IMG/VR virus record: IMGVR_UViG_3300009093_000042
Coordinates: 64,001 to 101,913 of that record
Reading direction: 5' to 3' (one strand)
Length of the DNA: 37,913 bases
Source of the DNA: a virus
Taxonomy: Duplodnaviria > Heunggongvirae > Uroviricota > Caudoviricetes
Positions 15,908 to 24,636 of this stretch are shown here, in pieces; position 1 is the first letter of the stretch, and every line of letters starts with the position of its first letter. The position numbers and the translations under genes are program-made. A model generated the notes under the pieces. It worked only from the letters and a program-made list of their open reading frames with translations. It did no database searches and had not been told where the DNA came from.

Positions 15908-18127
15908 TTAGCCGGTTATATTGTTCACAATCGCACCCGATTCGAGCACCGTGGCGTTGATGTAAATCTTCTCCACCGAGTCCGTGGGCACGATATTGAG
16001 ATCAACGATGACCTCACGCAGATTGCGCGTCTGCGCGTTGTTGTTCGAGGAATCGCAGACCAGCTCGTAAGCTTCGATGCCGCGCAGGTTGACCACGCTG
16101 TCGAGGAACTGAGTCATCGCCAGGTTGAGCTGCTGGAGCAAAGTGAGGTCGTTTGGATCGAAGACCTTCGTGCGACCGATGGCCGCGAGACCCTGCACGA
16201 CATACTCGACCAGCACCAGGTTGTGGATGGCCGTGAGCTTGTCCGTGGTGCCGGGCGGGATGCGCAGGAGCGTAAGCTCGCCGTACACTTTGACCTGGCC
16301 TTGGCTTTTCAGCACGATGTTGATCGGCGTCTGGCCTGCCACGTAGGAGGCTTCTTTCGCGTTGTTCGAAATCTTTGGGAACGCCACTGTGGTTGCTTCC
16401 GGGATGACGCCGCGCACGTCGCCTGCTGCCGCATACCACGGCTGGTCGTTGAGCCAAGTGAACGCCATGGCGCGCAGAGCACCGATGGTCGGAGGAGCCG
16501 AGATCGTTTGCTGAGTGATCGGGTCCTGCATCGTGATCCAGTTGAAGAACGCCGCCATGTAAGGCGTGTTGAAGAATCCACGGGACACAAACTGGCCTGC
16601 GCCATTGACCCAGTCGATAGCGTTCCAAATGGTGAGCGGCACGCTGGCGGCATTGTTCGGCGGAAATGTTTCAGGGTTGTTCGCCGGAATGTCGATCAAG
16701 GCAACGGACTTAGTGACCGTTGCGGTGTCACGAAGCTGAGCGTGAACGCTGACAGTGCTGGTGTCGGTGCTGGTCACGCCCGGCGCACACAGGACGTTGA
16801 TGGTCACGTTGTCCGTGTCCTCAAAGGACTTGATGCCGGTCATCACGTCGTTCACCGGGTCGAAAGCCCCGACGAAGTCCGCTGCTTGCGCATTCTCACC
16901 GTTGAATCCGTTGCTGAAGGAGCCGGAGTCGCCGACCGCCGCATCGTTCGTGGGCGCGCCGACAACCGGATGAGTTGCAGACAGGTTCCACGGGTTGGTC
17001 GTATTGGCAGGAACCACTGTGCCGAGCGTCTTGATCGTGATGTAGTTGGACGGCACTGTCTGGTTGATCATCGTGGCGAAGTCGCTGGCTACCGTGGGCA
17101 CCGTGAAGAAGCCAAGGTTGTCATAGACTTCGACCAGAGCCGAGTTCCAGGAGATGCTGATTTTCTTGGTGCCCGCGTTTGTGCCGGGTCCCACCAAAAC
17201 TTTCAAACCGTTGGCGCTCGCGTCGCTGGTCGTGTTCGCCCAGGTACCAGCGCTGGAGGCGTAGATCAAGGCGGCAGGAGTTTTTCCAACAACCCGAGTG
17301 ACGGTGGCCGCTGTGTAATTGTCCTGGAGGCTGAGCGCCTGGTAGCCGCGTTCCGAGTCATTGGTCGGCTGAATCTGGATGATTGCTGTGCCGTTGACAA
17401 TCGGGTTCACCACGGTCACATAAACTTCCTGGGTCGGGGCTTTGTTCGACTGCGAGAGGATCAGCAGGTCGCCCACGTTCAGGTTGGTCGGAGTCGCGGT
17501 GACGGTGAAATAATAATTGCCCTTGGTGCCTGCCACCGTTCCCACCGAGACGTTCTGGTAGGTGTAGCCGTCGAGCTGGCCTTCAGCCTTGCTGGCCGCA
17601 TTCTGGTAGTAGCTGAATTGCAGGTCGCCGTTGGTGTAGGTGTCGTTGAGCGAAGCACCTTGCAGCGTGCCGAAGGAGCCGTTGATGCTGACCACCTGAG
17701 CGTTGGTGGTGCTGCGCTTTCCGTCCTGCGTGATTTGCACGAAGACGTTGCCGGTTGGAGAGAGCGCTGGATCAACCAGCGGAGCGCCCGCTGAAATGAA
17801 ATAGCCTTTTCCGACCGCGCCGGTGGCCGGATAGTTCACGCCGCCAGGCAAGTCCTGATAACGCGCACCCACGCGCACAATCGTTGAGCCGTTGGTGAAG
17901 GGAGCAATGATTCCCAAGGCCGTGCCCAGGAAGTAGCCGGAAATCGGCTGACCGAAAGTGTTGATGAAATCCTGGACCGTTGCGATTGGAGTTGGCGTAT
18001 CGAAGGGTCCTTTGCTGGCGACGCCGATCAGGCCGGGCTGAAATCGGCTGGTGGACGTGGCAGAAAGAGACTGGTCGATGATCTGGGTGTAAACTCCAGG
18101 AAAATTTTTTACATTGATGTTTGCCAT
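15908..18127 (-). CDS. Tail sheath protein (gp18-like)
   Basis: FPGVYTQIID, IGVASKGPFDTPT, APPTIGAL, PWYAAAG..RG and RGIEAYELVCDSSNNN motifs. Confidence 0.95.
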   Translation of the reverse strand: MANINVKNFPGVYTQIIDQSLSATSTSRFQPGLIGVASKGPFDTPTPIATVQDFINTFGQPISGYFLGTALGIIAPFTNGSTIVRVGARYQDLPGGVNYPATGAVGKGYFISAGAPLVDPALSPTGNVFVQITQDGKRSTTNAQVVSINGSFGTLQGASLNDTYTNGDLQFSYYQNAASKAEGQLDGYTYQNVSVGTVAGTKGNYYFTVTATPTNLNVGDLLILSQSNKAPTQEVYVTVVNPIVNGTAIIQIQPTNDSERGYQALSLQDNYTAATVTRVVGKTPAALIYASSAGTWANTTSDASANGLKVLVGPGTNAGTKKISISWNSALVEVYDNLGFFTVPTVASDFATMINQTVPSNYITIKTLGTVVPANTTNPWNLSATHPVVGAPTNDAAVGDSGSFSNGFNGENAQAADFVGAFDPVNDVMTGIKSFEDTDNVTINVLCAPGVTSTDTSTVSVHAQLRDTATVTKSVALIDIPANNPETFPPNNAASVPLTIWNAIDWVNGAGQFVSRGFFNTPYMAAFFNWITMQDPITQQTISAPPTIGALRAMAFTWLNDQPWYAAAGDVRGVIPEATTVAFPKISNNAKEASYVAGQTPINIVLKSQGQVKVYGELTLLRIPPGTTDKLTAIHNLVLVEYVVQGLAAIGRTKVFDPNDLTLLQQLNLAMTQFLDSVVNLRGIEAYELVCDSSNNNAQTRNLREVIVDLNIVPTDSVEKIYINATVLESGAIVNNITG

Positions 18128-18216
18128 AACAAGTCGTCTTCTCTTTTATTTACTCCCCGTGACTGCCAAATCTTCGGCCCGTTTTTGTAAACATTATTCG
18201 TTGTCTGCTTCTCATC

Positions 18217-19257
18217 TTACAGACTACCTACAGTGATAATGCCGTAGCCTGACGATTGCGGTATCCCGCCCATGAATAGAGGATCAGTTGGGTTGGTGCT
18301 CGAAAAGCTGAAGCGGTCGTAAAACAGCGGTTGATCGCTGCCAGAAAGCGTGATGTCGTGCGGAGGATAGGTGCCGTTGGACAGCAAGCTGCTCTGCGCG
18401 TCAGGCGGGACATTGGCGCGCATATTCAACGTGGGATTGTTGTCGTCGATCCGCAAGTCCACGCGCACCTGGCTGTTGAAAGCGTTGTCCAGCTCGCTCG
18501 GGTTGCTGGAAAACTGAGAGGGGCGCACGAGCAATTCCCACAGCGCGGGGATGAACTGGATGTTTTGGTCGATGCTGTAGCCTTCGACCACCAGGTTGAT
18601 GGTGGTGCGGAATTCCACGTTGGCGCGGTCCTCTGGTTCTTCCAGGGTGCTGTTCTCGATGTTGCCGTCGATGTACATTCGAATCCGCTGAAATCCGAGC
18701 GCCGGGTAGTGGACCGTCATCCAGGTCTGAGCAGTGCCGCCGCCCACGGCAAAGGCGCGCATGAACTGTTCGATGAAGCTCGCTTGCGTGTCAGGCCGCA
18801 TCGCGTAGTGATCAATTTGAAAATGGTAGTCCCAGGCGTTGGGGCGGAAGCTTACGGCCACGTGCCCGAGTTCGGACTTGGTGATGTCCGAATCGACCGT
18901 GGGCCAGTTCATGTGCCGGAATTGATGGACGCCGTAGCTCTGCTCAGCGCGGTAGCGCCAGTTGCGACGAAACACCGAGATCAGCGGATACCGGAGATTG
19001 TGCGGGTAGGGTTCGTACAGCGGAGTTCCCTGTTCGGTTTTGAGGTCGAACAGGTATTTGAAAGGATTGTTGTCACTTTTCCAGAGCTGGTCGAAGTTGC
19101 CGAAGGCGTCCATCGGCGTCGCAAAGACCACTGGAATGGGATAACCAGCGCGAACGAAGAAAGTGGAATAAAGCCACCGTTGCAGAGCCAGCTCATGGTA
19201 GCGCATTCCGGTAGCGCCCATGGTGCCCATTCTCACGCTGAGTGTATCGTCTGCCAT
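18217..19257 (-). CDS. Tail completion/terminator protein (gp15-like)
   Basis: Position between neck genes and sheath; IPVVFATP, YPLISVFR and VEFRTTINLVVEGY patterns. Confidence 0.65.
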   Translation of the reverse strand: MADDTLSVRMGTMGATGMRYHELALQRWLYSTFFVRAGYPIPVVFATPMDAFGNFDQLWKSDNNPFKYLFDLKTEQGTPLYEPYPHNLRYPLISVFRRNWRYRAEQSYGVHQFRHMNWPTVDSDITKSELGHVAVSFRPNAWDYHFQIDHYAMRPDTQASFIEQFMRAFAVGGGTAQTWMTVHYPALGFQRIRMYIDGNIENSTLEEPEDRANVEFRTTINLVVEGYSIDQNIQFIPALWELLVRPSQFSSNPSELDNAFNSQVRVDLRIDDNNPTLNMRANVPPDAQSSLLSNGTYPPHDITLSGSDQPLFYDRFSFSSTNPTDPLFMGGIPQSSGYGIITVGSL

Positions 19258-19294
19258 ATCCTAAATAGGGCGACGACCGCGAATAACCGCGAGA

Positions 19295-19573
19295 TTACTT
19301 CAGCTTGAGAAGGAGGCTCGACTGGACAGGGACTTTGGTTCCGCCTTCCGTCTCAACGTCCACCCAACCGCCACCTTTGTCAGAAGGCCCGATGACACGG
19401 ACTTTCTGGCCAGGATAGGGATACGTCGGGTCGTCGATGATACCCACGGTCTCACCGGCGCTCACGTAGCCATCTTCGGTCAGGATGGTGTTGACGGCTT
19501 CCTTGAGGGTTTCCGGTTTCCTCAAGTCCACTTGGCCGACTGCTTCCTGAATTTTTTGGTCGATGTTCTTCAT
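19295..19573 (-). CDS. Small probable internal head protein with SH3/KOW-like C-terminus
   Basis: Start ATG 19573 after TAAATA-N5; LKEAVNTILTEDG motif, then GQKVRVIG..WVDVETEGG beta strands. Confidence 0.55.
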   Translation of the reverse strand: MKNIDQKIQEAVGQVDLRKPETLKEAVNTILTEDGYVSAGETVGIIDDPTYPYPGQKVRVIGPSDKGGGWVDVETEGGTKVPVQSSLLLKLK

Positions 19574-19586
19574 GCTATTATTTAAC

Positions 19587-19940
19587 CTACGATCCACTGG
19601 CCAACGCCAACAGGATCGCTCCGTTCACGTCGGGATGCGGGCTAAACCAGGAAGACCCTCGCCGAAACAAGTTCAGCAGAGACTCCGATTCCGCGTCCGT
19701 CTTAATTACGACCTTTCCCTCCATAATGCTCACGTCCAGGTTTTTGGCCATTTTACTGAGCTTTGGACCCATTTCCATCAGCTTCTGCTGAAGGTCAGGA
19801 ACAGGCTTCAAATGCGCTTTTTTGTTGAGCCAATCCAGGAACATAGCGACGACGGCGTCCTCTTTTGACTTCGTAATTGTAAACAAACTTTTTTTGAATC
19901 CGTCCGTCAGGGCGTCCATTATGAAGCCGCTGTCTTTCAT
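19587..19940 (-). CDS. Possible neck protein (HK97 gp10/Ne1-like)
   Basis: Lies between head closure and tail completion genes; LLNLFRRGSSWFSPHP loosely resembles the LE.GT..P.P motif. Confidence 0.4.
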   Translation of the reverse strand: MKDSGFIMDALTDGFKKSLFTITKSKEDAVVAMFLDWLNKKAHLKPVPDLQQKLMEMGPKLSKMAKNLDVSIMEGKVVIKTDAESESLLNLFRRGSSWFSPHPDVNGAILLALASGS

Positions 19941-20575
19941 GGCCAGTTGTGTGGAATGTTGGTCGGGCCGGTGGGCGGAAACCCAGGCCAGTCCGCAGGC
20001 ACCGGCGCGGTGGGTTTCTCAGCCGGGGCGGTTTCTCCGAGATTCGTTAGCGGGCGCGCATCGCCGTCCGGCGCGATGGTGGCTTCACAGATCAGGCCCA
20101 TCCACACGTTGGTCTGGCCCCAGTAGGCTTCAGGAGCCAGGACGACGTTCGTGATCATCAGCCGATAGCCGAGATAATAGATCATGTCGCCACGCAGCGG
20201 AAAGTAATCCAGGCGAACGACTTCTTTCTCAGCAATGGACGGCAGGCCGGAAGGTTGCAGGTGCAGGTTGGCGATGATGAAATTGAACTGCTGGACCGGT
20301 TTGATGCCGAGCTTGGTCATTTTCCAGTTCGGCTTTTCAAACTTGGCAATGACAGGCACATCCAGCTCTCGCGTGAAAGTAGTTCTGTCCGTCAATGGCA
20401 TGTGCCAGAGCGTGTCGATTTTCGTGATGTCGCGGTTGACCTCAAAGAATTTCGGCCTGGGTTTCGGGGAGCTGATTCGAACCCACTCGGCGTACATGGT
20501 GAGAGCGATTTGAGTGTCCCGCAGCTTGAAGACCTCGGTGTCGTAAAGGAACTCTTTTCGCTCTGTATAACGCAT
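19937..20575 (-). CDS. Neck/head-closure protein (gp14-like)
   Basis: IDTLWH..PLRGDMIYYLGYRLMITNV beta-barrel motif and neck-module position. Confidence 0.7.
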   Translation of the reverse strand: MRYTERKEFLYDTEVFKLRDTQIALTMYAEWVRISSPKPRPKFFEVNRDITKIDTLWHMPLTDRTTFTRELDVPVIAKFEKPNWKMTKLGIKPVQQFNFIIANLHLQPSGLPSIAEKEVVRLDYFPLRGDMIYYLGYRLMITNVVLAPEAYWGQTNVWMGLICEATIAPDGDARPLTNLGETAPAEKPTAPVPADWPGFPPTGPTNIPHNWP

Positions 20576-20594
20576 ATTGTAACTAGCTTAGAAC

Positions 20595-20891
20595 ATGAGA
20601 TCGCCCGAACTGGAACAACTCATAACGGAACTACGAGCGGAAAACCCTGTCAGCCACGTTGTCACCAATGCTGACAGCAAGGTGGTGGTCATCATCGAGG
20701 AGACAAATGAGCGCCTGGAGTTCAAAGCGGACGAGTGCCGGTTGATCCTGAGCAGCGCCGACACGGTACGTCGTTTGTTCGACGCCCTGGATTACCCGGA
20801 GGAGACGTTTGTGGAATTTTACGGTATCGAGGTCGATCCTGATGTCATGTCCGAGCTGGAGGATTTCGCGTCCAGCGTGGATGAAATGTAA
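20595..20891 (+). CDS. Hypothetical acidic protein
   Basis: 98 aa ORF divergent from the neck gene across a 19-bp gap. Confidence 0.6.
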   Translation: MRSPELEQLITELRAENPVSHVVTNADSKVVVIIEETNERLEFKADECRLILSSADTVRRLFDALDYPEETFVEFYGIEVDPDVMSELEDFASSVDEM

Positions 20892-20893
20892 TT

Positions 20894-22237
20894 GTGGCTG
20901 TTACCTCTGCCAATCAAAACGTCGAAGGACGCGTTGTCGTCGATGTGGAGCTGTGGCTGCCCAATAACAAGTTTGTGCCGTTCAGCAGCCTGAGCGTCAT
21001 CCACGTGAAGTCGGTCATCGAGGAGTCGGTGAAAGGAACCAGCACCCACGAACTTTTTGTGCGCGCCCCGACGACGGATTACGTGGACAGCGTTATCCGG
21101 GCTGCCCAGTCTCAGGGATCGCCTTTTGTCCGCTATCGTATCGGCATCGGTCTTCCCGGCCAGATGTCCTACCTGCCGTGGCAGGATATGATCCTGCCTG
21201 ATTTTAGCGCGCCGATTGAGGGTGTTGGAAAAACAGCGGGTCACTTCGTCAGGATGATGCTGAAAGATAATTTGTTTACTTTTTCTCGCGCCACCAAAAC
21301 TGCCGCCCGGCGCGGACTGGTGAGCGACGTGGTGAAGCAGATCGCAAGTGAGAATCAGATCGCGAACACGGTCATCGAGCCTACGGTCGGCCAGGGCCTG
21401 TGGATTCAGAGCTTTGTGGACGACGTGGACTTTATCCGTACGCGCATGGTGCCACGCGCCATCAACGCCAAAGGCCGAGGGGCCTACAATTTTTATTTTC
21501 AGGATGGCGCGCTACACTTTCACACTCCCGACTACCAGGCGCAGCTCAAAGACCTGGTTTATTACCAGGTGGATAATTTCGGTCTCACGCAGCTTGACGA
21601 AACCCAGAACATGCTGGAGTTCGGCGCTTCAAATGTGCGCGTGGTGACCTATGATCCGTACACTGCCACTTTTGGAGAAATCGTTTCTGACCCTACGAAG
21701 TCACTTCGCCTGGGGAACGTGCTGACACCGGTAGCCAGCGTTCAAGGGGCGGAGTTGAACTATCCCTTTCACCTGAGCACGAACACCGCCCAGGAAGCAT
21801 CGAACCTTGCTCAGGCGATTTATGACAATGCGAGGATGCAGACGCTCGGTTTGAAGATCGACATTGCGCGTTCCATTTTCCTTCGGGTTGGTGACCTTGT
21901 GCAGGTGACGATCAGTCCGTCGCAGTCGAAAAACAGCGTCTGGTCCGGGGTCTATTTTGTGACCAATGCGTGTTACACCATTGAGAGTGGCACGCTGATT
22001 TCCAACTTCGTGGTGAAGCGTGGAGAGTTCCAGACTGATTCCATGAGTCCCGCGCAGGTCAACATTCTGGGGGACAATCTGGTGCTGAACAATCAGCAGG
22101 CTCCGGGGCAGCCGCTGAATGTGAAAGGGGTCGAAAGCTCGGTGCTGACGCACGGTGCCGGACAAGCAGGATACACTTCGATCTTCGTACAGACTCAGGA
22201 CCCGAACGCAGCGCCGAACCCAAATCCGGCGCTTTAA
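20894..22237 (+). CDS. Baseplate hub protein (gp27/late control D-like)
   Basis: VSDVVKQIASEN, QSFVDDVDFI, YNFYFQDGALHFH, LRVGDLVQV and WSGVYFVTNACYTI are typical of the hub fold. Confidence 0.8.
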   Translation: MAVTSANQNVEGRVVVDVELWLPNNKFVPFSSLSVIHVKSVIEESVKGTSTHELFVRAPTTDYVDSVIRAAQSQGSPFVRYRIGIGLPGQMSYLPWQDMILPDFSAPIEGVGKTAGHFVRMMLKDNLFTFSRATKTAARRGLVSDVVKQIASENQIANTVIEPTVGQGLWIQSFVDDVDFIRTRMVPRAINAKGRGAYNFYFQDGALHFHTPDYQAQLKDLVYYQVDNFGLTQLDETQNMLEFGASNVRVVTYDPYTATFGEIVSDPTKSLRLGNVLTPVASVQGAELNYPFHLSTNTAQEASNLAQAIYDNARMQTLGLKIDIARSIFLRVGDLVQVTISPSQSKNSVWSGVYFVTNACYTIESGTLISNFVVKRGEFQTDSMSPAQVNILGDNLVLNNQQAPGQPLNVKGVESSVLTHGAGQAGYTSIFVQTQDPNAAPNPNPAL

Positions 22238-22755
22238 GAAGTCGGGAACGGAGGAGGAGCCACCACGCCGCCAGAGATGAACTTCTGGTTCCAAAGCTGA
22301 GGCGCAAAGAATGGATCGCTCTTGTCGTAGGCCATTTCTTCGAACTTCAAACGAGCAGCCAGTTGAGCGCGGATGTTGCCACCACCACCGGTGCATTTGA
22401 TTTCGACGAAAGGCGCATTGACGAAGAAGTCGATCGTACGCCGACCGCCAGGAACGATGCTGTATTCAGCCGAGATAGGAGTGCGTGTACCGGAGGAACC
22501 GTCATCCAGCGATTGCTGAATTTTGAAAAAGATCGTGGTTCCGTTGAACGTCAAGCCGGTTGCCGGAGGGAAGGCGACGTTCTCGATCATCAGGTGAACC
22601 TGGTTGTCGGGATTCGTCGTGGCTGCGGCGACCGTGAGGTTCGTGCCAAAGGCATAGTCGGCGATGCGCAGACGGCTGCCAACATAGCCGGACACCATCG
22701 GGGCCTGGACAAACGTTGTCCTTAGCAGTGGCTCTGGATATGCGCCTGGGTCCAT
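22234..22755 (-). CDS. Probable beta-sandwich structural protein
   Basis: LMIEN..IFFKIQQS..SIVPGGRRTIDF..FVEIKCTGGGG aligns with 13584..13937 and 6493..7110. Confidence 0.6.
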   Translation of the reverse strand: MDPGAYPEPLLRTTFVQAPMVSGYVGSRLRIADYAFGTNLTVAAATTNPDNQVHLMIENVAFPPATGLTFNGTTIFFKIQQSLDDGSSGTRTPISAEYSIVPGGRRTIDFFVNAPFVEIKCTGGGGNIRAQLAARLKFEEMAYDKSDPFFAPQLWNQKFISGGVVAPPPFPTS

Positions 22756-22759
22756 AGTA

Positions 22760-24082
22760 TTACTCCACGCCGGAGGTTACGGGCATCGGGCGTTTGCCCG
22801 GTTGAAATTCTTCGTCGGCATCCTCGCTGGTCCCTTCGTTGCCGTCGTGCGGACCTTCGTCGCCTTCGTCTTCTTTGGGCAAGTCAGGAACCTCACCGCC
22901 TTCCGCACCTTCTTCAGAAACCAGCTCGGCGAGCAGGTCGCGGATTTCGCGCAGGAGGCTGAGCGCGGCGTTGTCTTCGGTCGAAGCGCCGATGGCACTA
23001 TCCGACACCGGTGGCTCGATTGGCATGTCCTCGCCATTCGGTGGCGGCATTTCGCCCATGCCGTCCATGGGACTTTCACCGCTCACGATTTCTTCCTCCA
23101 TCTCCTCCACGATTTTGATCGCGCCGGTAACGACTTTGGATTCCTGCAAGTTCAAAGTTTTCATGTTCGTCGTATTATCTACACTCTCAATGTTCAAGAT
23201 TCGTTTAGGTGTTTTACTGTCCATCATCGCATAGGCACCGTGCGGGAGAGGTCCGGGCGGTTTAACCGTAGGCTTTGATGGTTTCATTACCGTGGACTTA
23301 GTTTTCGGGGCGGGTTTCTTTACCGGCTTGACCACTGGCGGGCGCTTCGCAGGCTTCTCTCCAGGCAACGGTGGAGGCTCGTCTGCATCAATCGCATTGA
23401 TGGGTTGATTCTGTCGTTCAGGCGGTAATCCAATGTTTCTGCGGGCTTTAGCAGCCGCGATTTTCGCGTCTCTTTCACGCGCTTTTTCCATCTCCTGATC
23501 GAAGTTGAGCCAGCGGCGGGTGGCGCGCTTGGTGAGCCGGTCGAGCTTCTGCGTGTCGCCTACCCAGGGCGGAAAACCAGAGAGCAGGCCGTAAATGTAG
23601 TCCCGCGTAGCTAAAATATGTTTACAAAGTCCAGGTGCGCCTTTTGGATTTGTCTGGCGCGGGGCGCGGTTGATGCACTGATTTAAGGAATTGGCTCCAA
23701 TGGGACCGGCTGAACGCTGGTGGTTCGCCCAGGCCCACCGGTAGCGATAGTCCGGGCACATGCAATCAACTTCGACCGGCAGCTTGGAGAGCGGCGTGTT
23801 CTTGTGCGCGTGGCTGCGCTTGGGTTTTTTGAAGCGGACGTAGCCCTTATGGCGCAGGCCAGTTGTGGACGGATTCCCTTTGGCGTTGAAATAGTATTCG
23901 AAGGCCCAGTGCTGGCCGGTCTGGTACTGCTGCATGTCCAGCGGCGGCATCTTGACCGTCAGTGAGCGGTGGTAGCGCTTTGGCTCAGACATGCGGAAAA
24001 GCTGATCGTACGTCAGAACCTCCAGAATCACTTCCGGCAATTCTTCCGCAGCCATCAGCTCCTCAAAAGTCATCGAGCGCAT
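22760..24082 (-). CDS. SWIM zinc-finger protein with long disordered P/K-rich and acidic tail
   Basis: VEVDCMCPDYRYR..LCKHILA is a SWIM CxC..CxH motif. Confidence 0.75.
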   Translation of the reverse strand: MRSMTFEELMAAEELPEVILEVLTYDQLFRMSEPKRYHRSLTVKMPPLDMQQYQTGQHWAFEYYFNAKGNPSTTGLRHKGYVRFKKPKRSHAHKNTPLSKLPVEVDCMCPDYRYRWAWANHQRSAGPIGANSLNQCINRAPRQTNPKGAPGLCKHILATRDYIYGLLSGFPPWVGDTQKLDRLTKRATRRWLNFDQEMEKARERDAKIAAAKARRNIGLPPERQNQPINAIDADEPPPLPGEKPAKRPPVVKPVKKPAPKTKSTVMKPSKPTVKPPGPLPHGAYAMMDSKTPKRILNIESVDNTTNMKTLNLQESKVVTGAIKIVEEMEEEIVSGESPMDGMGEMPPPNGEDMPIEPPVSDSAIGASTEDNAALSLLREIRDLLAELVSEEGAEGGEVPDLPKEDEGDEGPHDGNEGTSEDADEEFQPGKRPMPVTSGVE

Positions 24083-24612
24083 TATTCAGGAGAATCAGAT
24101 TTTCCGCTCAGGTAGTCCCACTCATCTTTTTTCAGTGGGCCGGGGCTATACCACTTTTTCTTCTTTTCCCGTTTGGTTTCTTTGCGCGGTTCCAGTGTCC
24201 GCTCTCCGAAAATAACCTCGCGGGCGGGGAGTTCCTTGGGTTCTTTGAAAACGTCATCACTCCACAGAACGGCGCTGTCAGGCATGATGCCAAAGCTGCG
24301 GCGCAATCGGTCAGTAAATGGCAGCGGCAGGCGGTTGATGTAGTTCACGCTCCAGCAGAGAGTGGACCCTTCGTGATCGCGCACGACCGCCACCAGGCCG
24401 TAGTTGCGCAGGTACTCGTTCAGGGCGTTGTCAGGGAATTTGAGCACCAGGCGCGGCAGCTCGATTCCTTTCTCCTCGGACAGAAGTTTGAAAAACTGGG
24501 AGAAGATGTAACCCCCGCTGTCGTCAGTGAAAATGCCACCATCCCGCGTCATGCGCGGGACGTAGAACAGTCCTATTGACCCGGTTGATTTTGATTTTCC
24601 GCGACCAAGCAT
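24082..24612 (-). CDS. Hypothetical protein
   Basis: 176 aa; TAATG-coupled to the SWIM gene and preceded by TATTTA-N5. Confidence 0.65.
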   Translation of the reverse strand: MLGRGKSKSTGSIGLFYVPRMTRDGGIFTDDSGGYIFSQFFKLLSEEKGIELPRLVLKFPDNALNEYLRNYGLVAVVRDHEGSTLCWSVNYINRLPLPFTDRLRRSFGIMPDSAVLWSDDVFKEPKELPAREVIFGERTLEPRKETKREKKKKWYSPGPLKKDEWDYLSGKSDSPE

Positions 24613-24636
24613 CGCCTTAAATACGTTCTCTTGGTC

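Noticed and set aside
16223-17794. Long + strand ORFs opposite the sheath (523 aa), capsid (34493..35827) and portal (2265..3068) genes
   Set aside because: Antisense shadows of GC3-rich genes; no recognisable motifs or start signals.
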